Positions 48,401-60,156 of a stretch of DNA of 64,000 nt are shown in pieces. This DNA is from Marsupella aquatica (taxonomy: Eukaryota; Plantae; Marchantiophyta). Positions within the stretch are counted from its first letter, which is position 1. Each line of letters starts with the position of its first letter. Location: contig OZ316896.1 of assembly GCA_973895155.1 (NCBI GenBank), forward strand, positions 21,024,152 to 21,088,151. The letters run 5' to 3'. The position numbers and the translations under genes are program-made. The notes under the pieces were generated by a model. It was not told the origin of the DNA, ran no database searches, and saw only the letters and a list, made by a program, of their open reading frames with translations.

Positions 48401-51242
48401 TGACAGACTTTACCTCTCTTTCTTCACGAAGCACTTTAACCTCTCTAATCCAGTTCTTGAAGGTGGCATACTCTTCTTTTGACCACTGCTTCCTATAACA
48501 AGAGGCAAGTCTTATGTGAGATGTTGTTCAGTTCCAGACAAGGTATGGTCTCGTAGCTCATACACCTAAAATCAGCTCTCATAAACTGCCAGTTTGTAGC
48601 CTATAGTTGAGTGAGAACTTTAAGACTATTGGCAGCCAAACTGACTCTCAAATCCAACAAAGAGCTACTACTCAAAGCAAAATAGCTGACATTTGCTAAA
48701 CAAGCCCTATTTTACTTAAGTAGCATTACCTTAGACATAGCTAAATGCTAGTGCCTATCAGGTTTCATATAACAAATCAAGGGATGGAATTATGTAACAC
48801 TTTAGTTATAGTTTCTCAAATTAAACTGGAACCTTTCTGTTGGTTGCTTTCCTAGATTTTTGGTCGGTGTTTTGGGGTTTTATGTGGGAGTTGTTTTCTT
48901 TGACAGTGATGGAGATGATAGAAACAAGGAGAAAGCAAATTAAACACATAGATGCATGTCATCTACATTAAGTTACATTTCCAAAATAAAACTAAAAAGC
49001 ATGAGAAGTAATTAACCATAGACTCCATGGGAAAAAACCATAGTGATGTTGGGGAGTCTCAAGAATAGAAAATAAGGGATTTTCATTTTTTTTAATTTCC
49101 TTTGATGCCCGCCTTGATGTTGGCCAAAGCAAAGTACCTAACTCTTCGACAATACTCTTTCCAGCTTATTTCTTTGTTCAACCCTGCCTGGCTCAAACCT
49201 AGAATATCAAACTACAATAGTTGAGTTCACTAGACTTCATGCTTGAAAATGGGCAGCACTAATAAAAAAAATTAAAAGAGATCATTGCAAATAACCCAGC
49301 CTTCTGTAGTAAGCCCTCAAATATAGTTAGTTTCAATCTAAAACTTCTGAACAGTAAATGTAATTTATATGGGAAAGGTCTAGATGCTAGGATCAAAGTA
49401 GAAAATCTCCATGAGCAATTGAAAACAGATGAGATGGACTCCAACTACCCCAAAGAGTATTTTCCGTAGTTGATGCATAAATTAGTGATTTTGGGGTGTT
49501 GGCTTCCGAGTCTGCATGATACCAATAGCATACATTTCTTCAATTAGAGTAACAGATAAATCAACACCTCCCCCCCCCCCCAACCAAAACCAAAAAACAA
49601 ATATACCCATACACAAAGATTCCCAACAGAGAAATGGCACTGACGTACACATGAAATTAATCAAAACCTGTGAAGAAGGGACATTAATTAAAGTAGTTCC
49701 CCTGCCAATTACTTGTTTCCAATTCTTTTCCTTTCTTCCAACATACCGTCAATAGCGAAGGTCTTCTGCAATTCCTCAATTGGCGATGACATGATAGTCT
49801 TGGCAGAACTTTGGCTAGATGTAGAGAAGATAGTGGTTAGGCTATCATTATCATCTGAGCTGTTGTCTGAGCAGCTATTGTCTTCCACATGATCCATTTC
49901 CATCTTATCTCCCTTACTGTGGATAAATAAATAATGTGATACATGTCAGCAGGTGATAATGGATACCACACAGCTCTTTGTCAAATGCTATAGGGGGTGT
50001 CACAGCACTGCAAGGTCTTACAACTATGACTTTTGGATGTACCATCCTTATGAGGCACTATTTAGGTGACCTGTTGCGTTTTTGTCCTGACCTTCAAAAC
50101 ACTTTATGCCTTTGGCTGTAACTTAGTTACGACCTTGCTTTGACAAGCCCTAATGGGATTTGACTCAAAGGAAGAATGTTGTAGTCATCCCATACCTTAC
50201 TGAATGGAGATCTTCATGCCATATAAACCTTTGCTGAAGGAACTGGCCTCAGTGGACGCTGGACATTCTTGGAACATGTTAGAATTTTCTTCAAGAAACA
50301 CAGAATTCGTGCCCCATAGGGCACTTTCCTGGACCTTGGGCTTTGAGGGTAGTCCGAATTCAACCAAATGTTTGCATCGTCGCCATTCAAACATTTTAGG
50401 GCTGGCAAGCCCTCAAAGTTTTTGGACCTTGTCAAACGCTTCTTTGAAACTTTGGATTTCCCAATGTCACATTTTGACTTCTTGGCACACATTTATGCTC
50501 TTCGATCAGGGTTTGCAGTAAAACTCGGGGTAAAACTTTGTGAGCTTGGTCACTTTGAGTTTGTTCTTACAGGGGTGAACAAATGCATATCCTCTGTTGG
50601 ATATTGTGCCTGTCTCCAACCAAACAGAAGTGCTCATTACATATTCTGGTTTCTTTTTGTGCACACAGATAGCAAGCGCCCCTTCTTGCTTAATGTATGG
50701 ACTCTTTAAAACTCATTATGTAAATAGAACAGATCACATGCCATTGCAAAGATTAAATGCATGGAGAATCTTCATTTGAGATGCTAACACTGTTCTGCAT
50801 CCGGTATTGCGTACAAGGCTTAGAAGGTGACCTACACATGTTTTCAAACTTTTTGAGACACTTGTAGATGAGGATGCCAATAGTAATGGAAACCCTAACA
50901 TGTCCAAAATCCAAAGACCCACAATACAACACTCTTGAAGTGGACAACAGAGGTAGCCACAGAAGAACTCTCCATGTGATTGAGTAAAGTGCATGAGGAG
51001 TAGTATGATAATTGAAATGATTAACACCTGTGACCGAATTAATAGATGACAATAAGTTGGCAATTGGGCAAAAAGTTAGTGAACAACCTGTTTGGGATTG
51101 TGAATCTGAATGGCGTCAGGTGCCCCAGCAAGCAGCACAATCGTGATCATCAATCCATGGTCTTGCACATGAAATGAATATATCTAGCCCTGCCACTTTA
51201 CAAAAAATGAGCCAGAATGCCCATTCTCTGAATTTTCAATAG

Positions 51243-51445
51243 AAATATATATACACACTTTTTATATACAAAGGGACCAAACAGAGTACAAATGAACAAA
51301 CAAAAGAGGGCCCAAGTGGACAAAACCAATCGAAAAAGAAGTGAGCAAAAGGGAACCACTAAACACCAAGAAAGAGGAACTAAAAGTAAGAAATGAACAA
51401 TAGGGAACCCCTAAAAACCAAGAAAGAGAGAGAGACTAAAACTAA
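51243..51445. repeat. Dispersed repeat copy B (homologous to 19593-19745)
   Basis: Direct sequence match to copy A, with an internal partial duplication (GGGAACC-CTAAA-ACCAAGAAAGAG). Confidence 0.8.
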
Positions 51446-52064
51446 CCCAAGCGGACCGAGGTCCTCATCATTCCTACCGATTGTGGCAAAAAGCTAATGG
51501 TCCACATCAAGAGTCAAAACTAGATCGGCAAGTGGGATTGCATCATGCATGATCATCCCTTTCACTTTGACGTACAGAATATTTCATCATTCTGTCCATA
51601 CACATAAAATTTGATGTGCCCTAGAGTCAAGGTCTAGAGGTTTCACTCTAGAAACCTAGACCCCAACTCTAGCTTCTCATCACAATTTGTTATATAGATT
51701 GTCTTTGATTTCCATCTAAACCCCTCATCATACCCCACCCCTCGTTGAGACCATTGCCCTTTTTCACACAGGCCCTTTCAAGTAGAGGCTAAATGGAAAA
51801 CCAGGAAATTGCCAAAATTGCACTAATTTACCTAATGTCATTTTACAAATGGTATAATAACATTAGTAGAATCTGATTTTACCAAGGATTGAAACTATAT
51901 TTTCTGACCTTTGGGCTTCTTGAAATAAGTCAAAAATTTTCCTGGCAAGTTCACACCTAGCTTTTACACGGTTTTTCCCTTCTCTTGGGTGAACTTTCTT
52001 CTGAGTTATCTGTTTGCTCTCTCGCTCTCTCTAGATTTTCCTAAGTTGGATTTAGGAGAATGGG

Positions 52065-52395
52065 CTTTATGCCTTATATTCCTTTTGGGCTTTTTCTGGT
52101 TTAATGGTCTTGGCACTCCATGCGCTCACAAAAGTATTTTTAAGGTGGCTTTACAAGATGTGGGGGCCCATTGTTTTCTTTTTATCCCATTTGAGATTAA
52201 TGGGCAGATATAATGTGTTGTGCCTCATGTACCTTTTGGGCTTTTTCTGGTCCAATGAACTTGGCCTTCCATGTCTGCAAAAGGTTTCTCAGGGTGGCTT
52301 TACAAGGTGTGGGGCCCTTTTCCATTGACATTAAATTTTGATCATAATGAATGAAATAGCTGCATTTGGCTTTACAAGAAGTGGGGGGCCATTAA
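52065..52395. repeat. About 150-bp imperfect direct duplication plus a partial third copy
   Basis: CCTTTTGGGCTTTTTCTGGT occurs twice and TGGCTTTACAAG..GTGGGG three times. Confidence 0.7.
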
Positions 52396-53047
52396 GCTAT
52401 GAAGTCTACACTGCACCTATAGGCCACAATAGATGCTGAAATGCTTATTTTAGACCATATGGAGAGGGACCTTTTCGAAGGATAATTATTATTTTCAAAG
52501 TTTTCCTTCTTCATTCAAGGGATATAGTAGTTCATTGAAGTTAATTTCAAAGATTTTTTATATGGAATTGTCTTTAGAATACTTCAGAAGTGACCCTCAG
52601 GTTTGGTATGGTGAAAAAATATCAGAAAAGCCCCCAGTTCCTTGTACAACCATACTCTTTCTACACTAATCAGAAATGATACTGCGTTCTGTTTAAAAAG
52701 ATCTCACTTCAAAGCAGGTTGCCGGGCACCAGTTTACAGGCGTAGCCTAAAAGAAAACCAAGCTTTCAATGGCCTGTTTTTTTTAAAAAATCCTTGAGGT
52801 TTTCCTCATCGTCATAAATTCAGGCCCATTGCGCCTTCCATCCATGAACTGGAATACTTAGAAAACAACTCACCTACAGCCAGCTTACCAGGGACTATGG
52901 TGCTCGCAACTGTTGTACTAAGTTGGTATGGAGGGGGAGGGATTTGAGTAATTATCAGAAGACAAACCTAGGCAAGGGTTCATTGGCTCATGATCTCAAA
53001 GTTTAGTTGTAATTCAAAACAATTCGAACGGTGTCTCAGAACACTAA

Positions 53048-53335
53048 GGACTGTCTTGCATGTGCAAGAGTCCTGAAAATTAGGGCCCTTACCAAGTCAC
53101 AGATGTCAAGGAAAAGTTAAAACCAAATGTTTTGTTTTATTACATTTTAAAGGTTCGGGACCTCAAGGGCCGGAACCGGAAATTTTCCGACCCTTACCCT
53201 TTATCTCCACAAAAGAAGCCATCAGGACTGTTACCCTCTCGCTGCCTCAACTCATGACATGAGTTCATTTTAGGGCCGGTCATGAGTTCATTTTAGGGCC
53301 GATGTGCAAAGGACCAAAGACATGCAAGACGGTCC
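53048..53335. mobile_element. Tourist-like (PIF/Harbinger) MITE
   Basis: 15-bp TIRs GGACTGTCTTGCATG and CATGCAAGACGGTCC (14/15), flanked on both sides by a TAA TSD. Internal 23-bp duplication CATGAGTTCATTTTAGGGCCG. Confidence 0.8.
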
Positions 53336-54211
53336 TAAGGCCAGCCAGTATTTTTGGCCGACTCTGAATTTCAGTATTTTTGCTACAGTAGTAATATGAA
53401 CGACTTTAGCTTTATATCAAAGCATTCACAGTAATCAATCCGATCCCGGAAACAGAGCGATGGCCACAATGTGTGTGCCTCCCCCTAGCTTGAGGGCAAT
53501 TAAATGTCTCAGACAGAAATCTCGAGTCGCTTAATTCATGCAATGGAAACCTCTCGTCCCATAAGCTTTGAAGTGAAAGTTTTATTCATAAAGTCCCTCA
53601 CGACCCGAGAAGCTTTACAACGATATATATCGTGTAGTAAGTATCTATCTCTATCTCCCGAGTATAACAGTTCTCTTCGGCACTTCGACGAATTAATAGC
53701 CTAGTAATTACACGTTCTTGACCGGATGTGGAGCACTGCACATATGCAAATTTTGTCCGCAGGACATGACTACAGTACCTACCTAATCATAATGTTTCTC
53801 AGATTTCAAGTGACAACAGCATCATGTCATTTCAGTGAAGCTGCGCTTGTAACTCCCCTCTTCCTTCGCTTCAAACGGAGCATGTTTCACAATTGTTCAT
53901 GTGAAATCCCAGTGAAGTTTGAAGACCTCAGCAGCATCGTTCTGTACTATTGGAGGTGAAGATTGACAGGAGATCTTGTAAGGATGTGGCTATCTAAAGC
54001 TATAAGGGTTGGTTCCTAAACTGCCACTAGCTACTCTTACTGGTACTCGGGCAGATTTGCCAGCCATTTAACACTATCCCTACTTTCATGTACACAAGCC
54101 AAAAAATTCACCGCATCTGTCAGCTTCTCTTCTCAGAAAAGAACTCCGAGATTGCTTGGCGACATTTGCAAGAAGAAGCTCGGATCGAGCTTGATTGACG
54201 GATACAAGAAT

Positions 54212-57200
54212 CTATATTACAGTCCCGTCTTTGATGGTGGCGTTTTTAAGGATGATCACGATGCCAGAGCGGATGTAATAACCCTCCGACGGCCGCTCTG
54301 CCTCTTCCACATTCTGCAATTCATCAAAAACGTTTTCGAGCGTACGTGTCATTAGGGTCAATCAATGGCGGGACATACACCAGACAAAGCTCTTACAACT
54401 TAAGTCAGCCGACGTTCGATGTTGTGCACTAAAATCATCATTCAATATTTTGCAAGTTATAATTGTGTGAGAACAGAATTCTGCTGTCAAATTTATCTGC
54501 GTCGCGAACCATTTTGCCTGCTTCAAAACGCACAAGAACAAACGATGGGAGAAATGGAGTAGACACATTTGAGAAGCGAAGGGGAGAGGAATTTCATCTT
54601 ACATCAGCATTGGTGATGACAACGTTCTTTCCGATTCGAGCATTCTTATCAATTATGCAGTTTCTGCACCCAACCCAAAGTAGTGGAAGTTCAGAAATAG
54701 TCGAAGTGGTAACTGCTTGAGAACTCAATCGGCTAATATAAAACGACGCAGGCCTCACTAAATTGTTTCTCGTGGCATGGAAAGAAAATTCAGGTTCAAT
54801 AGCAGCAAAACAGACCTTATTTTGGAGTTCTCCCCAACTCCCAACGGCACTTTACCGCGAGCTAGCATAGCTGCCATCTCGGCTTCTGTTTCGTAAAAAT
54901 CAGCACCCATCATCATAGTGTCCTGAGAGAAGGAGTATCGGTCAGCACGTGTATTAAGTGATTACTTGTTATTCCAATGCTTGAAGACTATCAATACCAA
55001 ACAACGACACATGATTGCAAGCTCCGTCTGCCTAGACCAGCTCTTCCGTCTAGTAATATGGCTTTCACTCCGCAACTAAAGGGAACTGAACGAGATTGAG
55101 AGACTCACTGATATTACTACGCCATTTTCAATCCGAGATCGAACACCGATTATCGAACGCTCGACGCTGCAGTCTCTCAGAAAGCATCCGTGGGACACTA
55201 TGGTGTCCTTAACCTGCATCATAACAAAAACCAGAAGGTCAACAGACTGTTTTCCTTCATGAGAACAACGCCTGCAAGGCTAAAAAAAAATTTAAGTAGA
55301 CAGCTTCGAAAAATGGATGGGGCGTTGGGACCGAGAGAAAATACTCTACGAGAATCTTACTCTGCATTTCTCCACCTTCGTTGGTGGAAGATATCGAGGC
55401 GATGTGAAAATAGGTTTCGTCGCATCGTAGAACTTAAATTTTGGAGACTGCACATGATCAACAGATAGTAACGACAATATTAAAGAAATGAAAGAACGAA
55501 TGATAATTAACTTAAATTCGAATGAAGGCATCACTTCCACGATAAAATTGTTCATCAGCAGCAAGAATTTGTCTGTATGACAGGGGAGGCGGTATCCACA
55601 AGCCGGAGTAGTAGACTACAGGTTGTTCGCGACTATTATTGGTCATGACAAATGAATGAACAATTGATTATGCTGAAGCAGTAGATAAAAGACAATAATC
55701 ATACCTGATGAGTAAGAGCCAAGTTCGCGTCGAAGAATGACTTGATGGTGCCGATATCTTCCCAGTAGTCGTTAAATAAGTAAGCCTGAGCAAAGGGGAA
55801 AAGAAGGTCAGAAACCACGTCGGATAGTTCAGCAAGTAACTTTTCCAACCTGACAAAAGCGAGCAACTCCATCCAAGATAACAGCTACAATTAGACAATT
55901 GGGTGAGTTGCAGGGCCCCGCCTCAGCAGCATCTGAGTGCGGCAGGTTTTCAGGCGAGAATAGTAGACCTACCTGCACATTAAATTCGGCGCAAGAATCG
56001 GGGATGATTTCCGAGCCAAAATCGTTGGCTGTGGGATAACGCCATCTGAACATGAAGGGACCAGTCGTTCGCGTCAGAGAAATGTTTTACAACGACTCAA
56101 CTCAGCTTCCTCCAAGTGCAAAACTTCGCCAACTTGGAGCACTCAAGGATTGAGGAGACGCCTGTTCTACATCGTCAATCAAGCCAACTGAGATTTTCCA
56201 AAATGATAACATAGAAGACAATTTGCTATATAGGGAAAGGAGAACGAAACCGAAGTACAAACCTCAACATCTTCATTAGAATGTCCTTCCGAAATACGTA
56301 TATGCCCATCGATGCAATGTATGGCATCGCCCGTGACTCCTCCGCTGACAGGCCCAGAACTGTGGTGTCGACTTGCTGGAAATACGACAGTTGGTTAGAA
56401 TTGTCAAAGCTCTCAAGCTCGATACATGGACCACAAAAGCTCCGTTACGTCAAATAGCACATATAGCACCGTCATGACCGCCTGAAGTATCGAAGACTTA
56501 CCATAGCTTTCAGATTCTCTCCTTTGGGCTTCTCGTTGAAGTACAGAACGCGACCTCTGTGGTCAATCTTCATCAAACCGTAGTCCGACGCTCGGCTGAA
56601 AGTCCCAACAACGGAAGTCCAAGAGTCAATATAATAACAGACGATCACTTCGCCGCAGACTTCGCATGTCAAAGTCTGACCAACACTCCAAGCTACAAAA
56701 TTTATAACAAACATTGAGTTTGCACGAGTTGCAGATCTATTCCAACCAAGTTCGGTACTGGTTGTAGGTCTAAAACTGAATACCTTTCGTCCATGGGGAC
56801 GCAGGAAATTGTGATGTCGGCACCACTCTCAACGTGTTTCTGTAATCAGAAGCAGGTAACAAGAGTAAGTGCACTGCTAACATGCAAAGCAACTCCGACA
56901 ACTCATTGAAGAGGTCAAAGTGGAATGGAGAAACGGACCGAGTTCATGGTGTGACGAATGTACCTGAACGAAGTCCATGTAATCCATTCGATACAAATGA
57001 TCCCCAGAAAGGATCACCACGTGCTCGATAGCCTTGTTCTTTGCATCCTGATTAAGAGGATCAAGAAGACAAAAAGATGAGCATACAGTTTCGAACAACG
57101 AACGATGAAGGTTCGACAACTAGTGGAAAAACTCGCTAAGCGCAGCCGCATAAAAACTAATGATTCCGACTATTCTCAGAATGAAAGCCTGTGAACCCCA

Positions 57201-60156
57201 TTTCAAACCAAAAATTCATGTATTGGGACAGACCTCGAAAAGCCAAGTGAATTGACGAACGGCATCAGCAGTACCCATGAACCAGTTCATTCCGGACTTC
57301 CCCGGTGTTTGAGTCGCCGCCAAAACCTGCGGATTGGTCATATCACAAATATTCCGATTAGAACTCAGTACTAGCAAATTCACTGAACTTCAGTTTAATA
57401 AAGACACACCAGCGGGCGGTGGAGAATCGTAGTGCAAAGGACAAGCCGACACGCAGCGAATGGCTTGGATCCATTTAGCGCCGCTCGGATGTCCAGAATT
57501 CCAGATTGGTTCGTGTCGAATCACTTCTGGGGTGCGAAGCAGGACTGCGACTCACGCTACAAGCTGGACCCTAGTCTCTACCTACTCACTCTCCGTTTCG
57601 ATGGACATTCAAGCCCTTGTATTCGTCGATTTACATAATTCTCCTCCGAGAGAAGATCCTTGACCAAATTCCATACGTAGGATGCGTGCAGTGCTTTCAG
57701 GGAGCAGAATGGTAATCACCTCCACGAACCCGTCCCCGAAGTTGACGCCATTGCAGTTGTAACTCCGAGCAAGATGTCGGTTCAGGGAAGCAGAATTGAA
57801 TTGCGTAAGGATGAAGATTTTGTTGATGCCACTGTTTATGCAATTGCTCATTGGCACATCAATGAGCCTGTAGGCACCACCGATTGGCACCTGCCACGCA
57901 TTCGAAAACACATTTCTCAGCTTCGGCAAGAACCACCAAAGCATTACCACGTCCCGGATTCATCTTCAATTCAATGAATAAACAGAATAGTGTCAACAGG
58001 AATAGATCGATCATGCAAGAACACGAGATCATAGTTAAGCTACAAATCGGGAGCATCTTGTGTCAACTCAATGTGAAACTTACTGCAGGCTTCGCCCTGG
58101 TCTTGGTGAGAGGAAATAGCCGGGTCCCGGCTCCACCTCCCAAAATCAGAGAGACGACAGTTTTGGGATCGACGCGATACTTGTAATCGGTAACTCTTGC
58201 CGGTGCTGGAGCCGGCACTTGCACCGGGGCTTGTACCGGAGCTTGTACCATGTGCTGCACACGAGAAAAGATTGGTGATTAGGAATGAATGCAAAAGCCA
58301 GCAACCAGCGGTGCAAGCACACTTCTATAGCCGACGTACAAGGCTCACCGTTCTTGGTGGTGACAACAGTGACAACTCCTTCCATAAACTGTACCAATAA
58401 CAATAACATGAAGACGACCAGACGAATCATCACGGGAACACGGAGCCATTTTAGCAAAAGCAAAACGGCCCAGGTGAGTACTTTGTTAGCAATCATTGAC
58501 AAACTAGTACACATACGTACTCATTGGACAAGATCAAGTACTAATCCAAGAATCACCACTCCCGTCTTACAGTTAATTGCCAAATAGTATTCTTAGCTGA
58601 AGTGGTTACACTATCAACAAGAGGAAGATACTAAGACAGTCCTCTTATTTTGGGAGCACATTTCAAAATCTGGATAGCTGAACAGCGCACGACACGACGC
58701 AGGAGCTTTGCTTCATGTGAAGAAGCCCCAGAACAGATTTCCCGCAAACATGAACCATTCATGAGGTGTGAGGGTAAATTCCAGGAAAAAAGGGAAGGGG
58801 AGGGGAAATTGAGGAACTGACTCAGGTGGAGAACGGAGGAAGAATTGCCCCACCAGGGAACGCTTGCATCCGTTTGAATCCGGATTTCGACTCCGGATGC
58901 AGGGCAAATTCCCCCGCCACTTGTCTCATTGTAAGTACCACAGTGCGACTGGGAGAATTCAGTATCGCCTAGTATGGTGGACAAATGGGTAAGAACTAGG
59001 TTTAACTACGAAATCCGACTGAGTAGACGACATATTTCGAGCTACTCTTTCGAGGTGCGCGAAATCCTTTCGCAGAGAGGATTGACAGCCATTATATAGG
59101 GAAGGGAATGACTCCTCTGCATTCGCGAGAGTCCTTGAAGAGGAAGTAAGGCTCAGTATGGACAATGTAACTACAGCACTGAGTTTTCAAGCTAAGAGCT
59201 GTAGCACTAGACGGGAGGTTGCCTGCACAGAGGACATAAGATGTGCTATTCTTCAACAGGCATTGAGAAGTGGACCATCTAAGACATACGACATCTAAGA
59301 CATAGCACAGGATGTGAGATTCGAGGACATAGTATGTACTCTTGAGTGGGTGACAACATGTGGGCAGTATTAGAGGACGAACTAGGGGAAGGATGAGATT
59401 CGCACTAAGTCTTCTGTTGTCGGGATCTTGGGGGCTTCTTTCCTTCTCTTCTTCGGGCCAGATGAGCGAGCTCCGCATCGGATCGAAGAGAAGGGGCAGC
59501 TGGAGAAGACGCTGCGATTGCCGTGGCTGACGAACTATTAAAAGAGTATTTCATTGGCGCTGATAGGAAGAAGAACTTGGCACATGTAAACTTAGCAAAA
59601 CCTCTTAACAATGTTTGTTCACGTTAAATCCTTTCTTAATGAAGTAAGTCTCAGTTGCAGAAATCAATCTTTTCCACTAGAATATTGAAAACACGCTCAA
59701 CCATGCAAAACTGAAACATGCAACAAATCAGTAGGAAAAGGGACTCTCGACGTCTCAACAGATCTCCCACCCACCAACCAACTGAACGGCCACCAAGCTC
59801 AGGACACAGCAAAGAAACTTGAGAGACAACTGCCAGCGTAGTAGTGAGGAGAATGTATTTACCACCATATCCTTAGTGATCTTCTCGGCAAGCACAGCGG
59901 TAGTGATTGGCAGCGAGCTTGCCCTCCTATTAATAATGTTACGGCCACTCTCTCCTCCAACTCCGACTTGGAAGTCTACTCGTGCCTTGCTCCCTGACGA
60001 GCAACTACCTGAGACCGCCCCTCCCAAAAACGCTTTCCTCCCTAGCCGGTCCTTGCTGCTGCTGCTGGTCGGGAGGCAGCAAGGCGACCCTGACACCGAA
60101 CATTGAGACATCCCCCCTACCGCCGCGCGTACGTTGCTTGGAGCAAGCACCGCCAT
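54212..60156 (-). CDS. APL: ADP-glucose pyrophosphorylase large subunit, plastid-targeted, about 563 aa; exons 60156-59863, 58254-58084, 57890-57720, 57326-57234, 57047-56964, 56839-56784, 56595-56502, 56375-56263, 56045-55973, 55785-55705, 55447-55361, 55213-55109, 54922-54816, 54663-54603, 54313-54212
   Basis: [63 protein letters not shown] and IIDKNARIG, ending KDGTVI*. The 15 GT-AG exons sum to 1692 nt in frame, an exon number typical of the large subunit. Confidence 0.95.

Noticed and set aside
46200-51200. Scattered short ORFs between AMY and APL as a possible additional gene
   Set aside because: No consistent exon chain or recognisable motif. Probably decayed TE or pseudogene sequence that I cannot classify.
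58865-58901. Small hairpin TGCATCCG...CGGATGCA in APL intron 1 as a possible miRNA
   Set aside because: The stem of about 8 bp is far too short for a plant pre-miRNA.
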